From Felis catus (Eukaryota): 64,000 nt of DNA. The notes beneath the pieces were generated by a model, which searched no databases, had not been told where the DNA came from, and was given only the letters and a program-made list of their open reading frames with translations. Positions 1-12,449 of this stretch are shown piece by piece. Location of the stretch: contig NC_058368.1 in assembly GCF_018350175.1 (NCBI RefSeq), forward strand, positions 113,214,001-113,278,000, given 5' to 3'. The translations under genes were made by a program, and so were the position numbers. Numbering within the stretch: the first letter of the stretch is position 1; each line of letters begins with the position of its first letter.

Positions 1-322
1 TCCCTCATTGTTGCTGCCTGGTCCCTGAGAAGAGGAGGAATGGTGCACAAGGTTTTATCTGCCTGGAATGCCTCAACTTAGCACCCATTTCATTATTTCT
101 GGGTTACATCATCTCAGTGTCATTTGTAATGCCATTTCCAATATTTTTATGCTATAATTTTCTTTCACAGAGTCCCCCATCCTGCCATGCCCACACTTCT
201 AGTTTTTTAAGCATAGACATACATTTTTATTTTAATGTATTTTCTGTAATTTATTTAAAACAGTTGTAGAAAACAGAAGATTGCTACATGTGTTTGGTTG
301 GAAATCTTGGAAATTTTTAGTC

Positions 323-774
323 TAGTTGTTTTTAAAGTGTGGTCCAAGAATCCCTGGGGGGTCCCTGAGACCTTTTCAGGGATCCACAGAATCTTTCCTT
401 TTTCAAATTTGTATGTGTGTGAGAGTAGATTCTCTTGATATACTTCAACCAAAACAACATATTGCCGATAGATTGAATGCTGAAGCAGATGTGAGAACTC
501 AGTGGTCTTCTATTAAATCAGACATTAAAGAGTTTTAGAGAAATATTGAACAGTGCTACTCTTCTCATTAATTTGTTTTTGTTTGGGAATATATATTTTT
601 CATAAAATATGTTATTGATATTAACATGCAATAGGCTAGTTATCATTATTTGAATTTGTAAACATTTAATACAGACAGATATAATGAGCCAGATAAACAA
701 TAGATCCTTGAGGTCCTTAATAATTTTTTAAGAGTTTAAAGGGACCTTGAAACCAGAATGTTTGAGAACTGCAG
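323..774 (+). mobile_element. hAT-Charlie DNA transposon fossil (MER119/Charlie7-like)
   Basis: Charlie-like termini (tagttgtttttaaagtgtggtcc ... tttgagaactgcag) and an internal transposase C-terminal remnant RLNAEADVRTQWSSIKSDIKE. Confidence 0.75.
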
Positions 775-1090
775 TATTGGTGCCATTTTAGTTGTAGGAC
801 TCTTTGCCCAAGGGTCTCAGTTGGGGGATGGTGCACCAAGAGCCACCCCTATGTAGTTTGATTGCAGAGCCTGTATTCAGAACCACCGTGCATATTGTTT
901 TTCTGTATGGCAGCCATCTTCTTATTATCTGCAAGTGTAGTTTTTATATTACTGATTGTAGTATGGAGAAATTCAAAGTGTTATCATACTGGAATAGGGC
1001 ATGTGTATACAGGGTGTGTGTGTGTGTGTGCACACGTGCATGCATGCACACATTTTTCCATTCCCTTTGTAAATAATATAAATTTATATA

Positions 1091-1311
1091 TTTTTTTTAA
1101 TTTTTTTTCAACGTTTATTTATTTTTGGGACAGAGAGAGACAGAGCTTGAACGGGGGAGGGGCAGAGAGAGAGGGAGACACAGAATCGGAAACAGGCTCC
1201 AGGCTCCGAGCCATCAGCCCAGAGCCTGATGCGGGGCTTGAACTCCCGGACCGCGAGATCGTGACCTGGCTGAAGTCGGACGCTTAACCGACTGCGCCAC
1301 CCAGGCGCCCC
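1091..1311 (-). mobile_element. Young Can-SINE (SINEC_Fc type)
   Basis: Complete tRNA-derived head, (CT)n and A-tail on minus; TSD ataaatttatata at 1078-1090 and 1312-1324. Confidence 0.95.
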
Positions 1312-2019
1312 ATAAATTTATATATTGACTGTTATGTTTATTCTGTTCTTAATGCCATTCCTATATGAGACTTGGGACTTGGAGCTTACTATTCCAATCA
1401 GTTACTTAGTGCAAACCCAAACATCGTAAGTTCATAGATTCCATAGTCTTTCACCTGCCCTCTGTTTTTCCCAAGCACCTTTCTATCCCAGTAGGCTGTT
1501 TTACATTTTTTTAACTTAAAGATTGAATACATACAAAAGATTATAACAGAGGTCTAAAATACAAAGAAAAGCAAACTGGATGGTAGACAAACACCAGAGA
1601 GTATCACTGCCCTAAGTCTATGCTCTGATCCCCTGTCCCACTTCTATCATCCTGAGGCAACAACTTTCCTGAATACAGTATTTACCATTTTGTGGCTTCT
1701 GTTCATAATCTTACCACATATGTAGTCATCCTTAACCAAAATATTTCCTTAAGTCTTACCTGTATATGACCGTACATATAATTATATGACTTGCACCAAT
1801 TTCTTTTTCCAACTATAGTTATCTCCTCCTTCTCCTCCTTTTTCTCCTGCTCCTAGAGATTTATTTTTGTTGATATGTGAAGTATACATTTTTCATTTTC
1901 CTGCTGTATAGTCTTTGAGGACATAAATATATCATGATCTACTAATCCAGTCTCCTACCAAAAGAATCTAGATTTTTTATATAGGATTTTTTTACTATTA
2001 AAAACAGATTTTTTCGGTT

Positions 2020-2730
2020 AAACTTTTTATTTTGAGGTGATTGTATGTGCACATACAGTTGTAAGAAATAATACAAGGAGATCTCTCTGCTCTTCTCCCA
2101 GTTTGTCTCATTGGTGACATCTTGTGTAACAGCCAGGAAACTGACTTGATATAACCCATTTACCTTATTCAGATTTCACCAGTGTTCATGCACTTGTGTG
2201 TGTGTGCGTCTGTTTAGTTCTATCAAATGTCATCACACAGTCAAGATACAGAAAATTTCCATCACAGTAGTCTCTTATGCTATTCTTTTATAGTCACAGC
2301 CACCTCCCTCCCTTTCTCCTTCCCTAACCCCTTGTACTCTTTTCTTCATCGCTATAATTTTATCATTTCAAACCTGCTCTAGAAATGGAAACACTCAGTA
2401 TATAGCCTCTTGGGATTGCTTTTTCCCGCCCCCCTCCCATGCACCATAATTCCCTTGAGATCAACCACAGTTATTCCATGAGCTAATAGTTTGTTCCTTT
2501 TTTACTGAATAGTATTCCATGGAATACATGTGCCACAGTTTGTTCCCCTCTGAAGGACATTGGGTCGTTTCCAATTTGGCCACAGTTCATGGAGCTGCTG
2601 TAAACATTTGTGTACAGGTTTTTGTATGAATGCAGTTTTATTTCTCTAGGATAAATGGCCAAGCGTGCAATGGCTGGATTGTATGACAAGCACAAATTTA
2701 TTTTTGTAGGAAACTGCCAAAATTTTTCCA
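2020..2730 (-). mobile_element. L1M (L1MB/MC-like) 3' end
   Basis: ttttattttgaggtgattgta...cagttgtaagaaataatac, typical antisense L1 3' UTR. Confidence 0.75.
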
Positions 2731-3962
2731 TTTTCCATTCACATCTCTGAAAATTTGTATATGACCTTTGAGTGTATACCTCCCATGTATACACCCAGGA
2801 GTCGATTTGCTGTGCTGTATAGTCTACACATTTTCACCTTTACCACAGAACGCCAAATTGTTTCCCAAAGTGCCTACAGCAACGTATTTTTCATACATAC
2901 GGGCTCTGTTTACTCCTTGTCCTCAATGACACTTGATAGTGTTGGACATTTTCATTTTCTCCATCTGGGGGAAATACAGAATGCTATCTTATGAAATTAA
3001 TTCACACCTCCCTAAACAATTTTTATATATTAATTGCCATTTAATTTTCTTTTTTGGTGGTGTTTTGTCCAACTTTCTTGTCCATGTTTCTCTTGGGTTG
3101 CTCGTCTGCTGATTTGTGATTCTACAGACGGATTATTAAAATTTTGTCAGAAACATTTCAAACATCTCATATTTGTAGTTTGTTGTTTTGTGGCCTCTGT
3201 GAAATGTTTTCAGGAATAAAAATTCTTAATATAGTCAAATACATCAATGCTTTCTTTTATGTTTAATGTTCTCAAGTCTATCAGCCTACAATTTAGAAGT
3301 TCCTTAGACTTATCTTCTCTATCTAATCTGCCTGGAATTTATTTTAAGGCATGGTGTGATGGGGGAATACATATTCACTACCAATGATACCCAAATTCTC
3401 TGGCATGCTATATTGCACACCCTATTCTGCTCTCGGTGATTTGCAGTGTCTGTTTTGTCATGTCATGTATCCATTTAAGTGTGGCTCTGTTTCAGGGCTC
3501 TTTGTTCTGTTATCAGTCAACATACTAATTATACAGTGCCTCCATTATTCTAACTGTATCATCACTCTTGGTGTCTGAATAAATAAGGCTAACTCTAACC
3601 CCAGCCTGGCTTTTCTTTCCCAGGAGCGTTTGTCTATTCGTGGCCCTTATCTGCAAAAATTTTGAAACAGCCTATCAAATTTCATAAAAGTTTCAAATGA
3701 TTAGAATTGGATTGAAACGATGTGAAGGAAAACACATCTTTGTAGTCTTCCAACCCGTGAATATGGTATCATTGCCTTTATTAGATTCTATGAATGTCGT
3801 TAAGTAGAGTTGACTAGCATACTACTCTAAAAAAGTTTTTCTTATCTTTAAGTTGCTTTTGTATAGGTAACATATATTTGGACACTATTGGAAATGATGT
3901 CTTTATTATATTTCCTAAGACTTTGCTAGTATATAGAAATGCAATTAGGTTGCTGAACTGCC

Positions 3963-4183
3963 TTTTTTTTTTTTAACTTTTTTGATGTTTATTCTTAAGA
4001 GAGAGACAGAGACAGAGCATGAGTGGGGGAGGGACAGAGAGAGAGGGAGACACAGAATCAGAAGCAGGCTCTAGGTTCTGAGCTGTCAACACAGAGCCCG
4101 TCGTGGGGCTTGAACCCACAAACTGCGAGATCATGACCTGAGCCAAAGTCGAACACTTAACCGACTGAGCCACCCAGGTGCCC
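3963..4183 (-). mobile_element. Can-SINE
   Basis: Full-length copy with imperfect TSD aactg(c/t)ctttt. Confidence 0.93.
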
Positions 4184-4189
4184 TAAACT

Positions 4190-4425
4190 GTCTTTTACAT
4201 TGCTCCCAGTACTTACCACTTTTCTAAATTTACCTTTTTCTGTACATATCACTTTCTAATAGACTATATAACTTTCTTATTTTGTTTTTTTTGTATGTTT
4301 TCTGTGATCAGAATGTCAGATTAGGGTAGAGATTTGTCTCTTTCTTACTGTATCTTTTTAGCATTGAGAATAGTGTTGTGCTTATATTAGGTGTTCAGTA
4401 AATATTAGTTGAATGAATGGATGAA
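4190..4425 (+). mobile_element. L2 3' end
   Basis: taggtgttcagtaaatattagttgaatgaatg is the characteristic L2 terminus. Confidence 0.65.
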
Positions 4426-4430
4426 TTCTT

Positions 4431-4825
4431 TTTTTATGTTTATTATTACTATTTTTGATATTTAATTTATTTTTTTTTTAATTTACATCCAAGTTAGCAT
4501 ATAGTGCAACAATGATTTCAGGAGTAGATTCCTTAATGCCCCTTACCCATTTAGCCCATCCCCCTCCCACAACCCCTCCAGTAACCCTCAGTTTGTTCTC
4601 CATATTTAAGAGTCTCTTATGTTTTGCCCCCTCCCTGTTTTTATATGATTTTTGCTTTCCTTCCCTTATGTTCATCTGTTTTGTAACTTAAAGTCCTCAT
4701 TTGAGTGAAGTCATATGATGTTTGTGTGTCTCTGACTAATTTCACTTAACATATTACCCTCTCATTCCATCCACATAGTTGCAAATGGCAAGATTTCATT
4801 CTTTTTCATTGCTGAGTAATAGTCC

Positions 4826-4870
<45 letters not shown>

Positions 4871-4889
4871 CACATCTTCTCTATCCTTC
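4431..4889 (-). mobile_element. 5'-truncated carnivore L1 3' end containing a (GT)n microsatellite
   Basis: aatttacatccaagttagcatatagtgcaacaatg L1 tail; perfect 18-bp TSD atgaatggatgaattctt at 4413-4430 and 4890-4907. Confidence 0.9.
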
Positions 4890-5097
4890 ATGAATGGATG
4901 AATTCTTATTAATTCTAATAATTGTTGTAGATATTTTTTAGAGACATTCTATGCAGTTCAATCATATCATATGTAAAGACAGTTTAATTTCTTTTCAGTC
5001 TATGTCTTGTTTGGTGCCCTATTGTTCAGGTTACTTACCTTTATGTAACATTGGATAGACTTAGTGGCATCAGTGATAATGGTATTCTTGCTACAGA

Positions 5098-5122
5098 TTT
5101 TAAATTTTTTTAATGTTTGTTT

Positions 5123-5176
<54 letters not shown>

Positions 5177-5367
5177 AAATGAATGAACAAACCAGCACAA
5201 GCAGGGAAGGGGCAAAGAGAGAGAGAAATGAGACACAGAATCCAAAGCAGGCTGCAGGCTCTGAGCTGTCCACGCAGAGCCCGACGTGGTGCTCAAACCC
5301 ACTAATGATGAGATCGTGATCTGAGCTGAAGTCAGACGCTTAACTGACTGAGCCACCCAGGTGCCCC
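5098..5367 (-). mobile_element. Can-SINE with expanded (GA)n
   Basis: TSD tcttgctacaga at 5086-5097 and 5368-5379. Confidence 0.93.
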
Positions 5368-6525
5368 TCTTGCTACAGACTTTAAATGTAAAACTTCTCA
5401 TGTTACTCTTTTGTGTGTGTGGCACATGTATATGTGTTTTTTTCTAAGGGGACATTTTCATTATCATTTTAAGAAAGTTTCTTTTTACTTCTTTGCTAAT
5501 TAAGAACAAAACAGAAAGGTAACGGGATATTAAATTACTTGGTATATTTTATCTGTATATATTGATAAGTTCTATGGGTTTTTCCATATCCAATTAATTA
5601 TGGTGAAATGGATTAATGGTTTTTAATATTAAATTGACCTTCCATTTCTGGTGTAAACCTGATTTGGTCCTGCCTTGGTTTACTTGGGGTAAATCTGACC
5701 TTTAATACTTGGCATTACCTGTTTTTTTTTTGTTTTTTTTTTTTTATGTTGGATTATTTGGTTTGCTCGCAGATTTTAAAAAAGGATTTTCATATCTTTG
5801 GTCATGAGTTAGACTGGTGTGTAATTTTTTTATTTCCTGTAATATGCTTCTCTGGTTCTGGTGTGAAGATTATGCTAACTTCATATAAGGATTTGGGAAG
5901 GATTCCTTCTTTCCTATTCTTAAAAATGTTTGTGTAATCTTATAATCAATTTGTTCACTGTTTTGTAGAATGCTTCAGTGAAATCATCTGAGCCCAGGAA
6001 TGCTTGAATGAAAGTTGTTTATTTTTTTAACTAATTATTTAATTTTTAACAGTTTTAAATTTTTTCTTACACCAACTGTCACAGTTCATATTTTTTTGCA
6101 ATAAGTCTTCCATTTAATTTAGGTTCTGAAATTCTTTTTATTGCTTTTAAATCCCTGCTCCATCAGTGGCTATATCCCATTTTCATTCCTAATATTGTAT
6201 ATTTATTTTCTTCTTCCTTTGTTCTTGCTGGATAATCTGTGAATTTTATATCTTTTAAATGAATCAATATTAATTGACCTTTATTCAGTTTCCCCCTTTT
6301 TACTGTATCTTTTTGTATGGATTTTTTCTAATTACCTTTTTAGTTATTGATTTCTGATGTTGAGCTCAGAGAATGGGGACTCTGATATTTATTGCTTGAA
6401 GTTTATGGAGCTCTCTTTTATACGGCCTGATATTCATTTGCTTTCTGATGTAGCATTTAGTTCTATACCTGTCTATTAAATCAGCTGTTAATTATGGCAT
6501 TCGGTTCTTTTATAGCCTTAGTCTT

Positions 6526-9500
6526 TTTATTGAAGTATAATTGACATACAATATCCTATTACTTTCAGGTGTACATCATAGTGTTTTGATACTTTTATAT
6601 GTTATGAAATGTTCCCCATGTTAAGTATAGTTACCATCTGTCACCATACAAAGCTATGACAGTATTATTGACTATATTCCCTATGTTGTACTACCTTATT
6701 TTATAACTGGAAGTTTGTACCAAGATCCCTTTTTCCTATTTCCCTTACTCCCCAAGCCCTCCTCACTCTAGCAACCACCAATTTGTCTCCCATATCTGAG
6801 TCTTTTTCTATTTTGTTTTTCATATTTCACATATAAATGAAATCATATGCTATGTGTCTTTCTCTTTTTGATTTATTTCACTTAGCATAATATCCTCTAG
6901 GGCCATCCATGATGTAGCAAATGGCAAGATCTCATTCCTTTTTATGCCTGAGTAGTATTCCCTTGTACATATATATAACATCTTTGTCCATTTATCTGTG
7001 ATGGACACTGAGGTTGCATCCACATTTTGGCTATGTATATGATGCTATAGTGAACATGAGAGTGCATATGTTCGAAATCGGGGACAGTGGCACTTCCAAC
7101 TTTGTTCTTTTTTCTCAAGATTTCATTGGCTCTTTGGGGTCTTTTGTGGTCTCATACAAATTTTAGGATTCTTTGTTCAAGTTCTGTGAAACATTCCATT
7201 GGTATTTTGATAGAGATTACACTTAATCTTTTGATAGCTTTGTGTAATGTGGACATTTTTGCCATATTCTTCAATCCATGAGCATGGTATATGTTTGCAT
7301 TTATTTGCGTCAACTTTAATTTTCTTCATTGGTGTCTTAGAGTTTTCAGAGTATTGGTCTTTTGCCTCTTGGTTCAATGTATTCATACATATTTTATTCT
7401 CTTAATGCAATTGTAAATGTGACTGCTTCATTTCTCTTTCTGATAGCTCCCTTTTGTGTAAGAAATGCAATTGATTTTTATATGTTTTTAACTTATTTTT
7501 TGATTCTAATAGTTTCTGGTGGAGTTTTTAGGGTTCTCTCTCTATAATATGTCCTCTGCAAATAGTGACAATTTAGCTTCTTCCTTTCCAATTTGGATGC
7601 CTTTTATTCCTTTTTCTTGCCTGATTGACATGTCCAGGATTTCCAATACTATATTGAAGTGGTGAGAGTGGGCATCTTTGTCTTATTCCTTATCTTTGAG
7701 AAAAAACTTAACAGCTTTTCACCATGATGTTAGCTGTGGACTTTTCATATATGGCCTGTATAATGTTGGGGTACATTTTTATACCCACTTTGTTGAGAGT
7801 TTTTTTTTAATCATAAATTGATGTTGAATTTTGTTGAATGCATTTTCTGCATCTATTGAGATGATGATCATATGATTTTTTTTTTTGGTAATGTGGTATA
7901 TCGTGTTGTTCAATCTGCAGATGTTGAATCATTCTTGCATTCATGGAACAAGTCTTAGTTTGCTAATAGTTTGTTGATAATTTTCACATCTATGTTGTGA
8001 TGTGAATAACATTCCTTTTTTTTTTTTTTTTTTTTTTTTGGTGGTGGTGGTGGTCTTGCCTGCTTTTAGTGTCAGGTTAATGCTGGCCCCATAAAGTAAT
8101 TTCATTACTTGCAGTCCCTTTATTCAGATGTTTCATTTCCTTAGGATTCAGTGAAATGTTGTGTTTATAGGAATTTATCCACTTCTCAGTTTTCGAATTT
8201 TTTGGTGTATAATTGTTTGTAGTAGTCTCTTTTGACGTTTTGTATTTGTGTGATGTCACTTACAAATTTTCCTCTTCTGTTTTTGTTATTTAAAGTTCTC
8301 TCCCTTTTTTTTTATGAGGCTGGATAGAAGTTCATCAGTTTTGTTGATGTTTTCAAAGAATCAACTTTTAGTTTCATTGATTTCTTTTTTTTTTTTTGTC
8401 TCTAGTTCTTTCCTTTCTGCTCTGATCTCTGTTATTTCCTTCCTTCTTCAAACTTTTGGCTTTGTTTGTTCTTATTTTTCTAGTTCTTGTAGAGATAAAG
8501 TTAGATTATTTATTTGGTATTTTTGTTTGTTTATTGAGGTAAGCCTGTATCACTATGAAGTTCCCTCTTAGAACTGCTTTTGTTGCGTCTCATAGATTTT
8601 GGAAAGTTGTTTTTCCATTTTCATTTGTTTCAAGGTATTTTTTTATTTCCATTGGTTGTTTAGTAGCGTATTTGCTTTTGACATGTGTGGGGTTTTTTTT
8701 CAGTTTTTTTCTTAAAATTGATTTATAATTTCATACATTGTGGTCAGAAGAGATGCTTGATGTGATTATACTCTTCTTGAATTTATTGAGGCTTGTTTTA
8801 AGGCCTAACATGATCTATTTTGGAGAATGTTCTATGTGAACTTGAAAAGAAGTATATTCTGCAGCTTTGGATAAAATGTTCTATATCTGTCTATTAAGTT
8901 CATCTGGTCTAATGAGTCATTTAAGACAAGTGTTTCCTTACTGATTTCTATCTGCATGATCTACCCATTGATGTAAGTGGACTATTAAAGTCCCCACTAT
9001 TATTGTGTTACTGTCATTTTTTCCCTTTATTTCTGTTGTTATTTCCTTTATTTGTTTAGGTGTTTCTATGTTGGATGCATAAATATTCATGAAAGGTATA
9101 TCCTCTTCTTAGTTTGACTCTTTTATTGTTATGCCCTTCCTTGTCTCTTGGTACAATCTTTGTTGTAATTTTTTTTAATGTTTATTTATTTTTGAGAGCG
9201 GAGGAGAGAGAGAGCGTGAGTTGGGGAGGGACAGAGAGTGAGGGAGACCCAGAATCCAAAGCAGGCTTCAGGCTCTGAACTGTCCACACAGAACCTGAAC
9301 TGGGGCTCAAATCCACGAACTGCGAGATCATGACCTGAGCCAAAGTCGGATGCTTAACCTACTGAGCCACCCAGGCATCCCACAGTCTTTGTTTTAAAGT
9401 AGTTTTTTTTTTTCTGATATAAGTATTGCTACCACAGCTTTCTTTTTGTTTGCGTTTGCATGAAATAGCATTTTTCATCACTTTACTTTCAATCTGTGTG

Positions 9501-11913
9501 TCTTTACATTTAAAATGAGTCTCTTATAGGCTACTTACAGGCTACTTGGGGTTTTTTTCTGAAATCCATTCAGCCACTTTATATCTTTTGTTTGGAGAAT
9601 TCAGTGCATTTATATTTAAAGTAATTATTGATAAGTTTGTGCTTATATTTTTGTTGTTTGTTTTCTGGTTTTTTTTGAGGCTTTCTGTTTCTTCTCTGTG
9701 TGTCTTGTGGTGTGATGGTTTTCTTTAGTGTTTGGTTTGGGTTCCTTGGTCTTGATTTTTTATGTTACGTTTTTGGCGTATTTTACACTTTTTAAATTTA
9801 GTGTATCCCTTAACTACTTATTGTACTTATAGTTACTCTTACTGTTTTAGTCTCTAACCTTCCTACTAACTTTCTAAGTAGCTGATTCACTGCCTTCATC
9901 ATGTAGTTGCCTTTACTGGTGAGATTTTTGTTCTTTCATATGTTTTCTTATTTCTATGTATGGGGTTTTCTACTTAAAGAATACCCTTTAACATTTCTTG
10001 TTAGGCTGGTGTGGTAATGATGAATTGCTTTGGTTTTCACTTGTCTGGGAACCTATTTACCTCTCTTTCAATTCTGACTGATAATTTTGTTGGGTAGAGT
10101 GTTCTTGCTTATAAGTTTATCCCTTTCAGCACTTAAAATACATCCTGCCGCTCTCCTCTAGCCTGAAAAGTTTGTGCCTAAAAATCATCTGACAGTCTAA
10201 AGTGGTTTTTCTTCTATGTGACTATTGTTTTTCTCTTGCTGCCTTTAAGATTCTTTGTCTTTAATTTTGCCATTTTTATTATAATATGTATTGGTGTGAA
10301 TCTCTTTGGGGTTATTTCGTTTGGGGCTCTCTATGACTCCTGGGCTTGGATGTGTGTTTCCTTTCCCAAGTTAGGGAAGTTTTCAGCCATAATTATTTCA
10401 AACACGCTTTCTGTCTCTTTTTTTTCCTGCAACCCCTCTAATGTGAATATTATTACACTTGTGGTTGTTCCAAAGGTCCCTTAAACTCTTTTCATTTTTT
10501 AAGTTGCTTTTTGTTTTTGCTATTAAGATTAGACCCATTCTTCTGTATCATCGAGTCTGCTGTTGATTCCCTCTAATGTTTTTCATTTCAATTCTTGTAT
10601 TTGTCAGTTCTGATCAGTTGTGTCTAATATTCTTTGTTGAAGTTCCCTTTTTCTGTTGAGTTTGTTGAGCATCTTTGTGACCATTGCTTTGAGGTCTTTA
10701 CGAGGTAAATCACTTATCTCCATTTCATTAGAGTCCCCCCCCACCCCCACCCCCCACCCCCCACCCCCCCACTGGGGTTTTATTTTGTTCTTTTGTTTGG
10801 AACATGTTTATCTGTCTCTACATTTTGATTTTCTGTTTTGTTTTTGTTTTTGTTTTCTGTGAATTACACAGAACAGCTCTTTCTTCTGGTCTTGAGTAGC
10901 CTCATATACATAGACTGCATGTGCTTGGTGGCTTTTGCAGGTTGGCTGGAGCCGGAGCAGGTGTGGGCTGGGGGCTCCTGAGGGTGCTGTACCAGGGCTG
11001 CCGTGGTGGGACAGCTGGGGTTGGAGGCCTGGGTGCGCTGCGCCGTGTGGTGCAAGGGCCACCCTGGTGCTGCCCTTCCAGAGTGGCTGGAGATGGAATG
11101 GGTGCAGGACACAGGCGTCCCGGGGCATGATGAGCCAGGGCCTCATTTGGGGAGTAGCTGAAGCTTCACTGGACATAGGTTGGGGGTTAGGTCTCTGTGA
11201 TATGCTACACTGGGACTGTCTGAGCAAGATGGCTGGGGCTGGAGTAGGCATGGACCACAGGGATTCTTGGTGTGATATGCTGGATCTGCATTGGCAAGAC
11301 TGTTGGGTTGGGTGCAGGCCAGAAGGTTCACAGATCATGGTATGCCAGGGGCTCCTCGGTGAGATGGCTACGTTGGGTACAGGCAGGTGAGTGGGTGTGT
11401 AAGTTCCTGGAACACACTACACCTAGGCTTTCTTGGTGGGGCAGCTGGAGCTGCTATAGACCAGGGGCCTGGGGCCTGCAGGGATGGACCTAGCAGGCTG
11501 GCTAGAGTCCCTGGTCGTTGTTCCTTCCTGCATTATTAAGATGTATGGAGAACTAAGAAATGATGCTCTCAGGCATCTTTGACTTTGGAGAGCATTCTAG
11601 CAGTCCCTCGCCCGTTTGGTGGATACTCTAGAGTTACTAAATGGGTTTCTTTCGCTTAAAGTCTAGTTGCCTTTTAAGCTGCTGTTTTTTCTCTGTGCCC
11701 CGGGGCAGGTGAATCTGCCTGCAGGTCCCTCATTAAGATCCCTCCTTAAGTGCAGGTGGCTGCATTAGGAGGTGTGGTCCATTTGTTGTTGAGCAGAAGC
11801 TGTTCAATTAGCCCTGTTTTTCTTCAGGAGGAATTGCTGTATATGGAGGTAGAGTCATTGTGTCCATGGGAGGAAATGAGTTTAGGGTCTTCCTACCCTG
11901 CCATCTTGGGTCC
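6526..11913 (-). mobile_element. L1 (L1MA/L1_Carn-like) retaining both termini, with internal deletions
   Basis: 3' UTR at 6526, ORF2 remnants (e.g. ORF 7177..7386), ORF1 remnants ~10000-10700, GC-rich 5' region ending ...gccatcttgg; TSD tagcctta(g/c)tctt at 6513-6525 and 11914-11926. Confidence 0.85.
9165..9381 (-). mobile_element. Can-SINE inserted in L1
   Basis: Full-length; TSD aca(a/g)tctttgtt. Confidence 0.92.
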
Positions 11914-12077
11914 TAGCCTTACTCTTCATTTTATCCCCCTGTTTGATTTATTAGAGAGGTCTGCTTTTAAACATCTCCTATTATTATGGTGGATTTATCA
12001 ATTTTATCCTGTAGTTCAATTCAATTTTTTGCTCTTTAGGGTTTGGAGTATGTGATTAGATATAAATAAACTTAACA

Positions 12078-12297
12078 TTTTATGTATTTATTTAAAAGTT
12101 TATTTATTTTGAGAGAAAGAGCACACAAGCAGGCCAGGGGGAGAGGGAGAGGGAGAATGAGAGAGGGAGGGAGAGGGAGAGAGAGAGAATCCCAGCATGG
12201 AGATTGACATGGGGCTGGAACCCACAAACCATGAGATCATGGCCTGAGCCAAAACTAAGAGTCAGACACTTAACTGACTGAGCCTCCCAGGTGCCCC
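12078..12297 (-). mobile_element. Older Can-SINE
   Basis: SINE head ...ctgagcctcccaggtgcccc; TSD aaacttaa. Confidence 0.88.
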
Positions 12298-12449
12298 AAA
12301 CTTAAATTTTTAAATTCACTTCTTGTAATTTTTTTGTATTTTGTTCACTCCTGTATCCATAGTGTCTAAAACATTGGTTAGCACATAGTAGACTATAAAA
12401 AAATGTTTGTATGAATAAATAGAACTTTTGACCAATACATATGGTGATT

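Larger units (their letters stand above)
2730..6512 (-). mobile_element. Old fragmented L1M (ORF2/3' UTR), interrupted by SINEs, L2 and a young L1
   Basis: T-rich degenerate antisense ORF2 motifs; the element resumes after 11926. Confidence 0.6.

Noticed and set aside
862..1287. ORFs with recurring peptides such as GGGAEREGDTESE and WVAQSVKR
   Set aside because: Translations of Can-SINEs; the recurrence reflects repeat copies, not a gene family.
10808..11493. Cluster of long ORFs on both strands
   Set aside because: Stop-poor GC-rich L1 5' repeats.
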